This document shows positions 29,451 through 39,140 of a stretch of DNA of 64,000 nucleotides, piece by piece. Source of the DNA: an uncultured Spirochaetota bacterium (GTDB lineage: Bacteria; Spirochaetota; Spirochaetia; SZUA-6; Fen-1364); NCBI GenBank assembly GCA_963845325.1, contig CAWJRT010000013.1, forward strand, positions 128,614 through 192,613. The letters run 5' to 3'. The notes beneath the pieces are model-generated. The model had not been told where the DNA came from. It did no database searches and worked only from the letters and a program-made list of their open reading frames with translations. Within the stretch, counting starts at the first letter, position 1. Every line of letters begins with the position of its first letter. The translations under genes were made by a program, and so were the position numbers.

Positions 29451-31601
29451 ATGGGCATAGTCTCGACGATTCCCGAGAAATGCAGGCGCTGCTACGCGTG
29501 CGTGCGCGAATGCCCGGTAAAGGCCATCAAGGTCATCGCCGGGCAGGCCACGGTCATCGAGGAGCAGTGCGTGGCGTGCGGGAACTGCGTCAAGGTCTGC
29601 ACGCAGAAGGCCAAGCGTATCGAGGATGCCACGATGCTGGTGGGCCGGCTGCTGGAGGGGGAACAGCACCGCCGGTGCCCAATCCGCCGGGTACGTCGGT
29701 GCGGAATCCGCCGGGTACGTCGGTGCCCAATCCGCCGGGTACGTCGGTGCGGTGTTTGCGATCCTTGCGCCGTCGTTCCCGGTCGCTTTTCCCGATGTGC
29801 CTCCTGGAAAGATCGTCGGTGCGCTGCGCAGCCTGGGGTTTGCCCAGGTGTGGGAGGTGGCCTTCGGCGCGGAGCTGGTGAGCCGCGAGTACGCCCGGCT
29901 TGCGCGCGAGGCCATCAGGGGCGGCCAGACCGTCGTGAGCACGCCCTGCCCGGCCATTGTCTCGTATGTGCAGAAATACCTGCCCCGGCTCCGGGGGTCG
30001 CTTGCCCGCGTGGTCTCTCCGATGATCGCCACGGCACGGGCGATCAAGGACAGGCACGGCGCGGGGGTGAGGATCGTCTTCATCGGCCCATGCATTGCAA
30101 AGAAGGCGGAGATCAAGGACCCGTTCGTGCAGGGGACCGTGGACGCGGTGCTCACCTACGAGGAGCTCCTCACGATGTTCGCGGCAGCCGGGATATCGCC
30201 ACAGGCGGAAGATGCCTGCGAGTTCGACGGGCCGTCGGCGTACCTGGGCCGGTCCATCCCGATTCCGGGCGGCCTCTTGAGGGCCGCGGGAATCGATTCG
30301 GACATACTCCAGAACAACGTGCTCGTTACCGAGGGCAAGGACAGGGTGCTGCCGGTGTTTCGCGAGCTCGCGGATGGGAAGAGCAAGGCACGAGTCCTGG
30401 ACGTGCTGTTCTGCGAAGGCTGCATCAACGGCCCGAAGATGACCAACGCCCTGAGCGTGTTCGCGCGCAAGGAGATGCTCACTGACCACATCAACGAGCT
30501 GAACGTGGCCATGGGCGGGCAGAACATCCAGGAAGCGCTCGGCGAGTTTGACCGGGTCGATCTCGCCGGGGATTCAGCGAGGATGCGGTGTTCCTTCCGC
30601 AGCCCACCGAAGGAGAGATTGCAGTGGCGCTTCGGAGGATGAGGAAGTTCGGCCCCGAGGATCAGCTGAACTGCGGATCCTGCGGCTATCCCTCCTGCCG
30701 CGACAAGGCAATTGCCGTGTGCCAGGGCTTTGCGGAGGTGAGCATGTGCCTGCCCTACCTCGTGGAGGAGCTGGAGGGGACTCTCTCCCTGACGCAGGAC
30801 AAGCTCGTTCAGACCGAGAGGCTTGCCTCCATGGGACAGATATCCGCGGGAGTTGCGCACGAGATCAACAATCCCCTGTCTACGATCCTCCTGTACTCGC
30901 ACATGCTGCTGAAGGCCCACCGCCAGGGCGATCCCGAGTCGGAAGACATCCAGATGATCGTTTCCGAGGCCGACAGGTGCCGCACGATCATGCGCGGCCT
31001 CCTGGACTTCGCGCGGCAGTCGCGTGTTGTCAAGACGCCCACGGACCTCGGCCGCCTGGTGCGTGAGCTGGCCGATGCCATGAACGTGAAGCTGGATCCC
31101 GCCGTGGTCCGCGTGCGCTGCGAGATTGCCCCGGGCCTGCCGCCGCTCATGCTGGACTCGGACCAGGTCCGCCAGATGCTGCTGAACTTCGTGCAGAACG
31201 GGATCGACGCCGTGGAGGACCGGGTTGCAGCGGACGCAGGCGGACCTGACGCCATCGGCCCTGAACGGAGCGGCCCCGGGGAGGTCGTGATCAGCGCGCT
31301 TCTCTCAACCTCGGCCGACATGCTGCACCTGCGCGTGAGCGACACCGGATCCGGCATGCCGCCCGAAGTCATCAAGGATATTTTCACGCCCTTCTATACC
31401 ACGAAGCAGCTTGGAAAGGGCACCGGAATGGGGTTGTCCATCGTGTACGGCGTGGTGAAAATGCACGCAGGGGACATTGCCGTGGACAGCGAGGTGGGCC
31501 GGGGGACGTCGTTCCTCGTGCGCATCCCCGTCGAACAGGGAGGTGAGCAATGGCGAGAACCGTTCTGCTGGTTGATGACGACGCGGATTTCGTGGAGATG
31601 A
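29451..31601 (+). CDS. HydS-like sensory [FeFe]-hydrogenase domain fused to a histidine kinase, 2 apparent frameshifts
   Basis: CRRCYACVRECP and CVACGNCVKVC. H-domain-like motifs STPCPAIV, GPCIAKKAE and FCEGCINGP. FeS domain NCGSCGYPSCRDKA. HisKA ISAGVAHEINNPLS. HATPase LLNFVQNGIDA, DTGSGMP, GTGMGLSIV. Frame changes are at the G5 run near 29656-29660 and near 30565. Confidence 0.8.
29679..29750 (+). repeat. tandem repeat, 3 x 24 nt, core AATCCGCCGGGTACGTCGG (inside the HydS-kinase gene)
   Basis: Units at 29679-29702, 29703-29726 and 29727-29750, each NN+AATCCGCCGGGTACGTCGGTGC (NN = CC, GG, CC). The gene reads them as QSAGYVGA, ESAGYVGA, QSAGYVGA. Removing them joins GCCGGTGC|GGTGTTTGCG, giving ...STAGAVFAILAPSF. 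Confidence 0.9.
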
Positions 31602-31978
31602 ACCGGATGCTCCTCGAACAGAACGGGTATTCCGTTCGCGTGGCATATTCCGGGCGCCAATGCCTGGCGGAAGTCGCCGCATGCCGGCCCGACATCATCA
31701 TCCTGGACATGGTCATGGAAAGCCGGGAAGACGGTTTCGAGGTGTCACGGGAGCTGCGCAACTCCGAGCACACGAAGTCCATCCCCCTCGTGATGATCAC
31801 CTCGGTGAACGACAGCATTCCCTTCCACCTGGAGCCGGACCGCACCTGGCTTCCCGTGGACGCCCTGCTGGAGAAACCCGTTGAGCCGCAGCTGCTGCTG
31901 ACGGTCGTGGACACGGCGCTGAAGCCAAAGACGGCGCAGGCGCGTCCGGTGAATGACGCGCAGGCGCGTCCGGGCTGA
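31550..31978 (+). CDS. stand-alone response-regulator receiver (CheY-like)
   Basis: MARTVLLVDDDADFVEMNRMLL...PDIIILDMVMESREDG...PLVMITS...EKP. No output domain. GGAGG lies upstream of the ATG. Confidence 0.85.
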   Translation: MARTVLLVDDDADFVEMNRMLLEQNGYSVRVAYSGRQCLAEVAACRPDIIILDMVMESREDGFEVSRELRNSEHTKSIPLVMITSVNDSIPFHLEPDRTWLPVDALLEKPVEPQLLLTVVDTALKPKTAQARPVNDAQARPG

Positions 31979-31983
31979 GCTCT

Positions 31984-32388
31984 ATGCCTGCCCCCCTCGT
32001 CTACCTTGTCGATGACGACAGGGACTTTCTCGAAATGGAAGCGGCCATTCTTTCCGCCGGGGGCTACCGCACGAAGAGCTTTTCCGACGCGCGCGAGGCC
32101 CTTGCTGCACTCGCGTCGGCCGACGGGGAACAGCGGCCATCCCTCCTGGTGACCGACCTGATGATGAAGTCTCTCGATGCCGGCTTCACCTTCGCCCGTG
32201 CCGTCCGCTCCGATCCACGCCTGTCGGACATCCCGATCGTCATCGTCTCCGCGGTGGCAAGCCAGAAGGGATTCGACTTCCGGCCGCGAACGGCGGATGA
32301 CCTTGCCGCGATGAACGCCGAGGCCTTCTTCGACAAGCCCGTCCCGCCGGCAGCGTTCCTGGCAAAGGTGAAGGAGCTCGCGCCGTGA
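31984..32388 (+). CDS. stand-alone response-regulator receiver (CheY-like)
   Basis: MPAPLVYLVDDDRDFLEM...SLLVTDLMMKSLDAG...PIVIVSA...FDKP. No output domain. GTGA overlap with the next gene. Confidence 0.85.
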   Translation: MPAPLVYLVDDDRDFLEMEAAILSAGGYRTKSFSDAREALAALASADGEQRPSLLVTDLMMKSLDAGFTFARAVRSDPRLSDIPIVIVSAVASQKGFDFRPRTADDLAAMNAEAFFDKPVPPAAFLAKVKELAP

Positions 32389-33965
32389 TCCAGCCAGCGG
32401 CGCCAAATCCGCCGGGTACGTCGGCGCAGAATCCGCCGGGTACGTCGGCACAGAATCCGCCGGGTACGTCGGCGCCAAATCCGCCGGGTACGTCGGCGCG
32501 CATCCTCGTGGTTGACGACGAGCTGGGCGTGCGTGAAGGCTGCCGCAAGATCCTCGCTGCCGAGGGCTACGATGTGCTCACCGCCGGCGACGGCAAGGCC
32601 GGGCTCGAGCAGCTGATCGAGCGCGGGCCTTTCGCCGTCCTGCTGGTTGACCTGCAGATGCCCCGGATGTCCGGCCTGGAGCTGATCCAGGAGGCCAGGA
32701 GCCGGGACTCCGACATCGTACCCATCATCATCACCGCCCACGCAACGCTGGACACAGCCGTGGAGGGGACACGGCAGGGAGCTTACAGCTACATCCCCAA
32801 GCCGTTCACCCCGGACGAGCTGCTGCTGGCCATCAAGAACGGACTGGAGAAAAGGGCACTGTCCATCGAGGCGCGTCGGCTCCGCGAGGAGCGGGAAAAA
32901 CGCCTTCTGGAGGTCGCCTCCGAGCGCTCGCGGAGCAACACGATCATCTCGGCGATGACGGACGGGATCCTCGTGATCAACATGGAGAAGCTGGTGGTGC
33001 TGCGCAACAACGCGGCAGCCCGCATTCTTCCTGACTGCGCCCACCGGCCCATCCCGTTCCCGCTGGAGGAGATCGAGAGCCCCGACGTTCGCGAGATCGT
33101 GAATATCGTCATCGACTCTCCCGGCGGCTTCATGATCCTCTCCCGCCAGATCCCCCTGGGAGAGTTCACCTACATGGTGAACGTCAGCCCGATCATCGAG
33201 CCCGGCGGGGAAACATCCGGGGCCGTCGCCGTGTTCAGCGACGTCACGGAGCTGAAGAAGCTGGACACGGCGAAATCCATGTTCGTCTCCCTGGTTGCGC
33301 ACGAGGTCAAGAGCCCGCTCGCCGCCACGGAGGGGTGGCTCAATCTCGTGCTCAGCGGAATGCTGAAGACGAACCCGGCGGAAGAGCGTCACATGCTGGA
33401 ACGGGCTCTGCTGCGCGTGAGGACCCTTCGCGGTATGGTGAACGAGCTGATCAGCCTCACGGCGATCCAGACGGGCAATTTTTCCCTGAAAAGGGCGCCC
33501 GTGGTGGTGGCGGAAGTCGTGGAAGAAGTCGTGGCTGCCGGGCAGGGAAAAGGCGGAGGAGCATCGCATTTCAGTGGAAGTCACCGATTGCGCGCCCGGC
33601 ACGCGCGTGCTTGCCGACCGTGACGCCCTGTCCATGATCTGCTCCAACCTGGTGGAGAACGCGGTCAAGTACACGCGGGACGGAGGGCATGTGGTTGTGC
33701 GCATGTGCCGCGAAGGGATGTACGTGACCGTGGCGGTGAAGGATGACGGAATCGGGATGTCCGACGGAGGACGCCGCGCAGGATCTTTGAGGAGTTCTAC
33801 CGGGCCAGAAACGAGCAGACCGCCAGCATCCCCGGCACGGGCCTGGGCCTCAGCCTTGTGAAGCGGCTCACAGAGCTGCACGAAGGAACGGTGAGCGTCT
33901 CCTCCCTGTTCGGGGCGGGCAGCGAGTTTATTGTAAAACTTCCGCTGATCGAGCCGCAGGGCTGA
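32385..33965 (+). CDS. hybrid receiver-PAS-histidine kinase, 2 apparent frameshifts
   Basis: GTG start, then the repeat-encoded PNPPGTSA-type octapeptides. Then RILVVDDELGV...VLLVDLQMPRMSG...PIIITAH...PKPF, a PAS-like segment, H-box SMFVSLVAHEVKSPLAA, LVENAVKYT, DDGIGM and GTGLGLSLVKRL. Ends at TGA 33965. Confidence 0.8.
32404..32499 (+). repeat. tandem repeat, 4 x 24 nt, same core AATCCGCCGGGTACGTCGG (codons 7-38 of the receiver-kinase gene)
   Basis: Units NN+AATCCGCCGGGTACGTCGGCGC (NN = CA, AG, AG, CA; unit 2 ends GGCAC). Read as PNPPGTSA, QNPPGTSA, QNPPGTSA, PNPPGTSA. Removal restores GTG ATC CAG CCA GCG GCG CGC ATC CTC GTG GTT GAC GAC. Confidence 0.9.
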
Positions 33966-33976
33966 TCCGGCCGAAC

Positions 33977-35815
33977 ATGACGAAGCCAGCCGCGGACTCT
34001 CGCGAGATCAGCCGGGCCCTGAAACACCATTTCGGGTTCACCGCGTTCCGCCCGCACCAGAAGGAGATCGTCGAAGCCGTCCTCCAGGGGCGTGATGTCT
34101 TTGCCGCACTTCCAACGGGCGGCGGCAAATCCCTCTGCTACCAGCTTCCTGCCGTCATGCACAGCGGCCTCACACTGGTGGTGAGCCCCCTCATCTCCCT
34201 TATGAAGGACCAGGTGGACGGGGCGCGGGAAGAAGGAATCTCCGCGGCGCTGCTCAACAGCACCCTGTCCGCCGACGAGGCAAAGAGCACGTGGCGCGCA
34301 CTGTCCGCCGGCAGCATTCGTCTCCTCTACGCCTCCCCCGAGCGGTTGTCCATTCCGGCCTTCCGCTCCGCGCTCTCCCGTTTCGGGCTCGGGCTCATCG
34401 CCGTTGACGAGGCGCACTGCATCTCGGAGTGGGGCCACGAGTTCCGCCCCGACTACCGGTCGCTGGGCCTCCTGCGTGCCGAGTTTCCCGATGTGCCTAT
34501 TGCTGCATTCACGGCAACGGCCACACCGCAGGTCCAGGAAGATATCGTACGGCTGCTCGCGCTGAAGACGCCCTATATCGTCCGGGCAAGCTTCGACCGG
34601 CCGGAAATCTTCTACCGGGTGCGCGCGCGGGAAGGCGACGGCGACGCACAGGTTCTTCAGTTCGTCCGGAAGCATGCGGCACAGCCGGGCATCGTGTACC
34701 GGGGCACGCGCAAGGCGGTTGAACGAACCGCGGACTTCCTCGCTGCCCGTGGGATTGAAGCGGTGGCCTACCACGCCGGGCTGGAGGATGCACTCCGCCG
34801 CTCCCGGCAGGACGCGTTCGTCCGGGATGAGGCGGCCGTGGTGGTTGCAACCATTGCCTTCGGAATGGGTATCGACAAGCCGAACGTCCGCTGGGTTGTT
34901 CACGCCGACCTTCCGCGCAGCGTGGAGGGCTACTACCAGGAAACCGGCAGGGCTGCCCGGGACGGCGATCATGCCGAGGCCTTGCTCCTGTACGGGTCAG
35001 GCGATATCGCTTCCATCCGATGGCATATCGAAAGGATGGAGAACCCGGAAGCGGCCCATCGCGCGGAGGCACGGCTTCGGGAAATCCTGCAGTATGCGGA
35101 ATCCTCGGTGTGCCGCCGGACGCAGCTCCTGGGGCACTTCGCCGAACACCATCCCGGCACCTGCGGACGCTGCGACGTGTGCGCCGGCGAGGTGACGCGG
35201 GAAGACCTCACCGAGTCCGCGCGGAAGCTCCTCTCCGCGGTGGTGCGGACGGGGGAACGCTTCGGCGCGCACCACCTCGTGGACATCCTGACAGGCACCT
35301 TGACGGACAAGGTGCAGGAGCGCGGGCACCACGATCTCCCCACGTGGGGCATCGGCAGGGAACATGACCGTGACTGGTGGCTCGCGCTGGCCCGGGACCT
35401 GGATGCGGCCGGAATCCTGGTTCGGGGAGAGGGACGCACCGCGGGGTACAGCCTTTCCGGGAAGGGGCGCCTTCTGCTGAGGGGGAAAGAGACATTCCTG
35501 GGAACGAGGAATACCGGGAGAAACGGCGCCCGGGATCGACCAGGGCAGGGCTCCCTCGACCGGCTCGACCTGCCCGACGGACCTGCGCAGGAGGGGCTCT
35601 TCCAGGCTCTCCGGCAGGTGAGGAAGCGCATTGCCGAAGCCCGGCGGGTGCCACCGTACATCATCTTCAGCGACAAGACCCTCCGGGCAATGGCCCGGAG
35701 CAGGCCGACCGACCCGGCTGGATTTCTCCGATGCCCCGGTGTCGGTGATGCAAAGCTCGAGGCCTACGGGGCGCTCTTCCTGGAAGCAGTCCGGGAGTTT
35801 CTCGCTCGCGGCTAG
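33977..35815 (+). CDS. recQ: ATP-dependent DNA helicase RecQ
   Basis: Intact 612 aa. FRPHQKEIV, LPTGGGKSLCYQLPA, DEAHCISEWGHEFRPDY, the zinc-binding region CRR...CGRCDVC, and a C-terminal HRDC domain (RVPPYIIFSDKTLRAMA). Confidence 0.9.
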   Translation: MTKPAADSREISRALKHHFGFTAFRPHQKEIVEAVLQGRDVFAALPTGGGKSLCYQLPAVMHSGLTLVVSPLISLMKDQVDGAREEGISAALLNSTLSADEAKSTWRALSAGSIRLLYASPERLSIPAFRSALSRFGLGLIAVDEAHCISEWGHEFRPDYRSLGLLRAEFPDVPIAAFTATATPQVQEDIVRLLALKTPYIVRASFDRPEIFYRVRAREGDGDAQVLQFVRKHAAQPGIVYRGTRKAVERTADFLAARGIEAVAYHAGLEDALRRSRQDAFVRDEAAVVVATIAFGMGIDKPNVRWVVHADLPRSVEGYYQETGRAARDGDHAEALLLYGSGDIASIRWHIERMENPEAAHRAEARLREILQYAESSVCRRTQLLGHFAEHHPGTCGRCDVCAGEVTREDLTESARKLLSAVVRTGERFGAHHLVDILTGTLTDKVQERGHHDLPTWGIGREHDRDWWLALARDLDAAGILVRGEGRTAGYSLSGKGRLLLRGKETFLGTRNTGRNGARDRPGQGSLDRLDLPDGPAQEGLFQALRQVRKRIAEARRVPPYIIFSDKTLRAMARSRPTDPAGFLRCPGVGDAKLEAYGALFLEAVREFLARG

Positions 35816-35834
35816 GCCGCACCACGGCGGGCCC

Positions 35835-37237
35835 CTAGTCGGGCAGCGTGTCCCCCGACGCCTGGCGCAGGGCGTATTCGCTCAATACTTCCTTGTACAT
35901 CGCGGCGAGGTTGGAAATATTTGCCGTTTCCAGGGCGGTCTGCGCGTCCAGGTACTCCAGGTTGCTGATGACGCCGATGTCGTACTGGACCTTTGCCACT
36001 TCCACCATCTGGCGCGCCTGGTCCAGCGCTCCCGCGGAGATCTCGACCTGCTGGCGCGCGGCCCTGCACATCCTGCGCCGCCTGGAGGACCTGGGTCGTC
36101 GCGTTCAGCCGTGCGGCAGATGTGTTTTCTCTTGCGCCGTCAAGCTTCTTCTGCGCTTCGTCCTGCAGGCGTGCCTGGAGGAAACCCTGGAAGATGGGAA
36201 CGTTCACCTGCACCCCGGCAACCCAGTTGAAGACGGGCACATTGATGTCAGGCAGCGCGCCATTCTTGTATCCCACGGAGGCGTGGGCCGAAACGGTGGG
36301 CCAGGGCCCGAGCGACGCCAGCCGCTGGCTGAGGTCCGCGGCGCTCTCTGCCTCGACTGCCTGGCGCACATCGGTCCTCTTCTGCAGCGCCGATTCCACC
36401 AGCGACGCGTCGTCGGCGGGCGCGGCGCCGGGATCGAAACTGCCGCTCAGCGCGATCGGGGCGGACGGGGGCAAGACCGGTGAGCTGGCGCAGCGCGATC
36501 TTCTGCTTCTGGAACTGGCTCTCGACATCCGTGCGCTGGCTCTGCAGCGCCGCCATGCGGACCTGGGTGCCCAGGTCTTCCAGCCGGGTCGCGGACCCCG
36601 TGTCCTCCCTCACCTGGATCACGCGCAGGTGCTCCTGGAGGTTCTGGTACTGCTCATCCAGCGCCTTGCCCTGCTCCTGGAGGAAGAGCGCGGTGTAGAA
36701 CACCTGCACCGCCTGGTAGGAGATCGCGGTCGTCACCTGGTCCACGCCGATCCGCGCCGAGGCAAGCCCGCTCTGCGCAAGCTTGACCTGCACGTCCCTC
36801 TTTCCGAACTGGGTGATCACCTGGTTGAGGCCGATATTGAAGTCCCAGTTGTTGTCGGGAACCAGCGAGAATGGGGCGGAGAGGAGCGCCTGGTACTGGG
36901 ACGGGACCTGCGATGACAGGAAGGGCGGCAGCACGGAGGAGATGGCGAAGCTCTCGTCCGAGAGCCGGTTGTACGATGCCGTCCCGCTCACCATGGGGTA
37001 GTACGAGCTTTGCGCCTCCCCCACCCGCGCGCGCGCCGCTTCCACCGCGGCCAGCGCCTGGCGGATCAGGGGCTGGTTTGCCTTTGCGCGTGACACCGCC
37101 TGCTCCACGGTGAGGGTCACCGCGTTCGCATCTGCCGCCGTGTCCCGCGGAGAGGGGACTGAGAGAAACCAGGAGGAGCGCAGCGGCCGATCGGGACCAC
37201 CCGCGCCCTCATCAGCGAGCAGGAAGCTCCCGATCAT
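35835..37237 (-). CDS. TolC-family outer-membrane efflux protein, at least 2 apparent frameshifts
   Basis: ATGA overlap with the adaptor stop at 37234-37237. TolC-like repeats (LTVEQAVSRAKANQPLIRQALAAVEAARARVGEAQSSYYP...; ...LDAQTALETANISNLAAMYKEVLSEYALRQASG). Pieces lie in ORFs 36248..39160, 35812..36528 and 35835..36071. Confidence 0.75.
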
Positions 37238-38380
37238 CGGGCCACCTCCATGCCGTCCAGGAGGGCGCTGACGTTGGACACCGCCACCAGCTCTCCGGCG
37301 GTGAGCCCGGAGATCACCTGCACGTCCTTGTCGTTGCGGGGGCCCAGGGCCACCTGTCTCTTGTGCGCCGTGCCGTCCGCCATGACGAAGATGTCGGCGT
37401 GCCCGTCCTCGTTGCCCGCAACCGCGTTCAGCGGAATGAGGACCCCGTCTCCACCGGTCGTGGTGAAGGACGCCTTGGCCGTCATGCCGGCAAGGAGTCG
37501 GCCGTCGTTCTTCAGGCTCACGACGACCGGGAAGTACTGCCCCGTGGCGGCCGCGATGGGCCCGACCTGCTGGATGCGGCCGGCGTAGCTGCTGGACGGC
37601 AGCGCATCCACGGTCACGCTCACCTTGTCCCCCACGGACAGGCGCACCACGTCGTCCTGGGAGACGTTGCCCTGCAGCTTCAGGGTGGCCAGCTCCGCAA
37701 CGGTGAACAGCGGCGTGTTCGTGGAAGTGATTTCTCCCGGGTTGATGTTGCGGTTCGTCACGATGCCGCTGATGGGGCTGGTGATCGTGCTGTTGGAAAT
37801 CTGCACCTTGATGAAGTTCACCTGGGCCTCGCGCCTGCGCGAGCCCCGAGCCGGTAATGGTCTGGTACTGGCGGTTGGCGTTGTCGAATGCGGTTTTTGC
37901 CAGGTCCAGCTTCGTCTGCGCGTCATCAAGCTGGCTCTGCGTGACGACCTTCGTGTCCAGGAGGGTCTTCGTCCGGTCGTAGGACCGCTGGGCCATCTCG
38001 AGGTTCAGCCGGGCGGTCTCCATCCCGTTTTTCACCTGCACTGCCTGGTCCCCGACCCCCTGGGCCGCCGCCTCGGCCACCGCGAGCTGTGCGTTCAGCT
38101 CCTTCGTGTCGATCTGGACCAGCAGCTGTCCCGCCGAAACGCGGTCGCCGACGTCCACGGTGACCGTGGTGGCCTGTCCCGCCAGCTTGGCAAATATGTT
38201 CACCGTGTGGTTGGGCACCAGCACGCCTGAGAACTCGACGTTCCTGACGATCCGGCCCTCGCGCGCCTGCGCGGTGTTCACGCTGAAACGCTGCGCGGCT
38301 TTTGGCGCGCAGCCCAGGAGCCCGATGACGAGGGCCGCTGCCGCGGCTATGGCTCCCCACTGTGCTGTTCGAGCTTTCAA
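37234..38380 (-). CDS. efflux periplasmic adaptor lipoprotein (RND/HlyD_D23-type MFP), 1 apparent frameshift
   Basis: TTG at 38380, 8 nt after AAGGAG, opens MKARTAQWGAIAAAAALVIGLLGC (lipobox). Coiled-coil hairpin, then ITSPISGIVTNRNINPGE...LIPLNAV in ORF 37234..37929. Confidence 0.75.
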
Positions 38381-38385
38381 ATCTC

Positions 38386-39100
38386 TCACTCCTTGTTCGA
38401 TCGATTGCACGGAAATCCTGATGGAGGCGTTCATGCCGACCATGAGCCGGGCGTCTCCCTGGTCCAGGATGCTCACCTTGATGGGGATCACCTGGATGAC
38501 CTTCGTGTAGTTGCCGCCGCTGTTCTGCGCCGGCAGCAGCGAAAAGGTCGACGAGGTTGCGCGGCCGATCGTCTGCACGCGGCCGTGGAAGGTCCTGCCG
38601 TGGAACGCATCCACCGTACACGTCCACCGGTCTGGCCGATCTTCACCCGGGTGATGTCGCCTTCCTTGATGTTGGCGCTGAAGTACAGGTTGTCCGTGTC
38701 CGCGATCATGGCCAGGGACATCCCGGGAGCGGCAAGCTCTCCGACGACCGCCGTGGAGAGGATCACCTGGCCGGCGATGGGCGCCTTCAGCACCGCCTTC
38801 TCCGCCATCACGCCGGCCACCGAGCCCATGAGTCTGCGGGTTCAGGGCGGCCGAGGTCAGGGCGGCCCCCAGGTCCTGGCGTCCCAGCACGTCGTCCTTG
38901 GCCACCTTGTCCCCTTCCTTGACCCGCCACTCCAGGAGCTTCCCGACGATCTCGGGGCTCACGGAGACCACGTCCGCGGCTACCCGCGCGTCATCGGTTG
39001 ACACGTAGCGGGCCCCTTCGTATGCGTACCAGCCCACGATCGCGCCGATGGCCAGGACGGCAACTGCAATGACGACGATGATGATCCTTTTTCGTTCCAT
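38386..39100 (-). CDS. HlyD-family secretion protein (short EmrA-like MFP), at least 2 apparent frameshifts
   Basis: MERKRIIIVVIAVAVLAIGAIVGWYAY (TM anchor), YVSTDDARVAADVVSVSPEIVGKLLEWRVKEGDKV, LKAPIAGQVI and GGNYTKVIQVIPIKVSI. The coiled-coil hairpin is unusually short. The 3' end is uncertain. Confidence 0.65.
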
Positions 39101-39140
39101 GAAAGTTCCTTTCAAGTGATGTAAGGGGAACCGTTCCCGA

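Noticed and set aside
29679-32499. The 24-nt tandem arrays as a CRISPR array or as DGR template/variable repeats
   Set aside because: The units are directly adjacent, with only 2 variable nt and no spacers, and there are only 3-4 copies, all inside coding sequence. So this is not a CRISPR array. There is no long TR/VR pair with adenine-specific differences, and the only RTs in the window are group II intron type. So this is not a DGR.
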